From positions 37,597 through 101,596 of IMG/VR virus record IMGVR_UViG_3300042868_010125: a stretch of DNA of 64,000 nucleotides; one strand, written 5' to 3'. The translations under genes and the position numbers were made by a program. Position 1 is the stretch's first letter, and each line of letters starts with the position of its first letter. The notes under the pieces are model-generated. The model did no database searches and was not told the origin of the DNA. It saw nothing but the letters and a program-made list of their open reading frames with translations. Origin of the DNA: a virus. Below, piece after piece: positions 61,588 to 64,000 of this stretch.

Positions 61588-64000
61588 TTTTTCTGTCCTC
61601 CTTCCATTCGTCTATAAGTTCTAATGTTACTGTCTCTGGAAATGCTGGTGTCTCTGGGACGCTGACGCTGTAACTAATAATTTTTCTAACAATAACATCG
61701 CCTCTAGGCTCTAAATCATTTGCTAAACGCATTCTAACAAACTCGTCATCAATTATTATTGAACACCAGTCTCCTGGCAGATAACTTCCAACTACAGGAT
61801 CTATAGAACCATTTACAGAAATAGTAAAGATAGCCTCTGGCGGTCTAGATTCCCCAAGAAAGTCCTGAGCATATGAATACAAAGCTTCTTTACCAGCAGC
61901 AACAGTATTGACATCATTTTTTTCTTCTATTTGGTCTAAAATAGGCCACCCTTGTTTTAGCAAGGATGTATCAGTAGCTGCTGCATATGGTTGACTTGCT
62001 GTTCCATCTAAACTATCTGCATTTCCTCCTACCCACATGCGGGTAGCGGAGTTTTCTGCATTTTCATTTAAAGTAAATTCAAATACATTACCTGGATACT
62101 CAAAAACGTTTTGGTCAGCACCGAGAGCACTTAGCGGTAGAACTATGCCAATATATCCTTCGCAAGCGGTGGAAGGTACATTATTATTGTATGAATAGAA
62201 AGTAAAAGTAGTAGTTGTGGGCACACTGACCACTACAACAGTCCCATCGAAAGATAGTCCTACATCCGTAAGAACTACTTCATCCCCGACAGATAGATTA
62301 TGGATAGTCTCTGTAGTTACTGTAGCAATATTAGATGTTAATTGTTTATTAGTTACTGCTATTTTTTCTGGAGGAGTCTTAAAGGGAACAAAAGCAAAAC
62401 TTCTTGTAAATTGATTATTCTGAAAATCACAATCTATTCTGTACTCGAAACCATCTAATTCTTTAGCAAAATCTTCTAAGATTTCTCCAAACATTCTTAA
62501 GTCAGACCCTCTAAAAACACTTTGAGTAGAGCCTAAATACTTACCACTCAAGTCCGCTGTAGAAGTAATAGCAATATCAGAGTTTGAGGAGTATGACCCG
62601 TAGGTTCCAGCAACTGCTCTTGCTCCCCAAGAAACAGTTCCACCGTATACTGCTGAAGTCGCATAATTTAAAACGGAATATTTATTATATCTAAGTGTTC
62701 GTGTATCTGGAACTACTGTAACTATGCTTACTCCATCATAATCAGACCCAACATTTTCAACAACAATGCTTTTTCCAGCAGTTAAATTGTGAACAGAACT
62801 AGTAGTTAATGTCACTGTTTTGTAAGAAGCCTCCCCTACTACCACCGCGGTGATTGCTGTGTCAGGGTTGTCTACTGGATAACTAAAAGAAGAGTTAGTT
62901 GGAACATCAACTACTATATGAGTACCGTTTAGCACTGCTTGAACTGTAAAAGTAACTGATTCAGATGAGATTGCTGCCAAAGTAGGTTTGTTTAGAGTCA
63001 CTGTTGTGCCAACTACTTTTTGAACAATAGTATTTGCACTTAACTTTCCAGTAATCGAGACCAACATGCCTGGGCTTATGTTCGAGGCATCTGTAACTGT
63101 CATACTTGTAGAGCCTGAAGAAGCAGTGGCAGTTTTGTTATAAGAAACTATATTATCTAACTTAGAAACGCTTACATAATCTCCTACTGCAAGCCCATGC
63201 TCAGTAGAAGTTGTTAATGTAGCAATATTGTCTGTAACTTGTTTGTTAGAGATAGATAAAGTAATAGTAGATATTGTTTTGGAAGTAACATCATAGGACG
63301 TATAGGGTGTTACAGCAGCAGAAGATATATTTCCAGCGCCTGTAACAACAAAACTAAAGCTAGTAGTAGTTGGAATAGCAGTTATTGTCCTAAATCCATC
63401 TAAAACACCGTCAACTGCAACTATTTCTACTAGTTGACCTTCAATTAAATCGTGAACTTCAGACGTAGTTAATGTAGCAGTGTCAGAAACGCACACTTTA
63501 TTAGTTACTGTGTACTCTAAATCTGTTGCAGGGGTTACCTCGTCGTTGATAAACTCATTTGCACTAAAATCATCATTTAACCATCCTAAAATATCTCTAG
63601 CAACATCGTAAGAGTCAACTACAGAACGAGCCTGACCTATGTCTGACCTACTAAGAGATAAAGTAGCACTACTTGCAAATGAAAAACTTGCCAAAGATGG
63701 AACTGCAGTGATGGTATGAACACCGTTTAATGCAGAATTTAGTGCGTAAACTTCTACAGTGTCTCCCACTGCAAATTCATGGGCTGTATTTGTATAAATT
63801 GTTGCAGTTCCAGCCGATGCTTCATACTCGGTGCAGTAATAAGGCTCGCTGCCATAATAAAGAGTTTGCCACACTGCTCTGTGGTACAAATAACTTATAA
63901 ACTCAGCGCCATCTACAGTTAAAGTTTTATTTTGAGGAGAATAACTTCTACTCCATATAATCCCACCCCAGACGCAAACACCATTTCTAAGAATGTATAT
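61577..64000 (-). CDS. Minor tail (baseplate hub-like) protein with several inserted beta-barrel units; 5' end lies beyond the window
   Basis: Frame is open to 64000 (IYILRNGVCVWGGIIWSRSY...). At least five T...H.L..GD.V.....G...V..VP...F repeats; GWPILD; GSYLPGDWC. Confidence 0.8.
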   Translation of the reverse strand: MYILRNGVCVWGGIIWSRSYSPQNKTLTVDGAEFISYLYHRAVWQTLYYGSEPYYCTEYEASAGTATIYTNTAHEFAVGDTVEVYALNSALNGVHTITAVPSLASFSFASSATLSLSRSDIGQARSVVDSYDVARDILGWLNDDFSANEFINDEVTPATDLEYTVTNKVCVSDTATLTTSEVHDLIEGQLVEIVAVDGVLDGFRTITAIPTTTSFSFVVTGAGNISSAAVTPYTSYDVTSKTISTITLSISNKQVTDNIATLTTSTEHGLAVGDYVSVSKLDNIVSYNKTATASSGSTSMTVTDASNISPGMLVSITGKLSANTIVQKVVGTTVTLNKPTLAAISSESVTFTVQAVLNGTHIVVDVPTNSSFSYPVDNPDTAITAVVVGEASYKTVTLTTSSVHNLTAGKSIVVENVGSDYDGVSIVTVVPDTRTLRYNKYSVLNYATSAVYGGTVSWGARAVAGTYGSYSSNSDIAITSTADLSGKYLGSTQSVFRGSDLRMFGEILEDFAKELDGFEYRIDCDFQNNQFTRSFAFVPFKTPPEKIAVTNKQLTSNIATVTTETIHNLSVGDEVVLTDVGLSFDGTVVVVSVPTTTTFTFYSYNNNVPSTACEGYIGIVLPLSALGADQNVFEYPGNVFEFTLNENAENSATRMWVGGNADSLDGTASQPYAAATDTSLLKQGWPILDQIEEKNDVNTVAAGKEALYSYAQDFLGESRPPEAIFTISVNGSIDPVVGSYLPGDWCSIIIDDEFVRMRLANDLEPRGDVIVRKIISYSVSVPETPAFPETVTLELIDEWKEDRKNDK

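Overview
A 64-kb segment of a large, AT-rich tailed dsDNA phage whose two WhiB genes point to an actinobacterial host (low GC suggests freshwater Actinobacteria; inference). In order: an HTH gene and a C5-cytosine methyltransferase split over four ORFs, one nested in another frame (0.2-2.3 kb); a structured intergenic element (2.4-2.6 kb); four paralogous glycine-rich genes, three preceded by the same promoter-linked motif (3.2-9.0 kb); an N4/N6 MTase, serine recombinase and large surface protein; terminase large subunit; primase-helicase; metallophosphoesterase; four Thr-rich collagen-like fibre genes (21-29 kb); three YGNG-repeat beta-propeller genes (29.6-37.9 kb); a ten-gene glycosylation island (38-45.8 kb); two WhiB genes; a replication/recombination block (SSB, AAA ATPase, Cas4-like nuclease, SNF2 helicase, RuvC-like resolvase, PolA); and minor tail genes running off the right end. 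The strongest new observation is in the propeller proteins. They have 35, 7 and 21 blades, and rare W-x-x-x-G linkers cut them into segments that sum to 7 when read as propellers nested inside propellers, branched in the largest protein. No rRNA, tRNA, CRISPR array, reverse transcriptase, portal or capsid gene was seen. All family calls come from motif recognition by eye; no searches were run.
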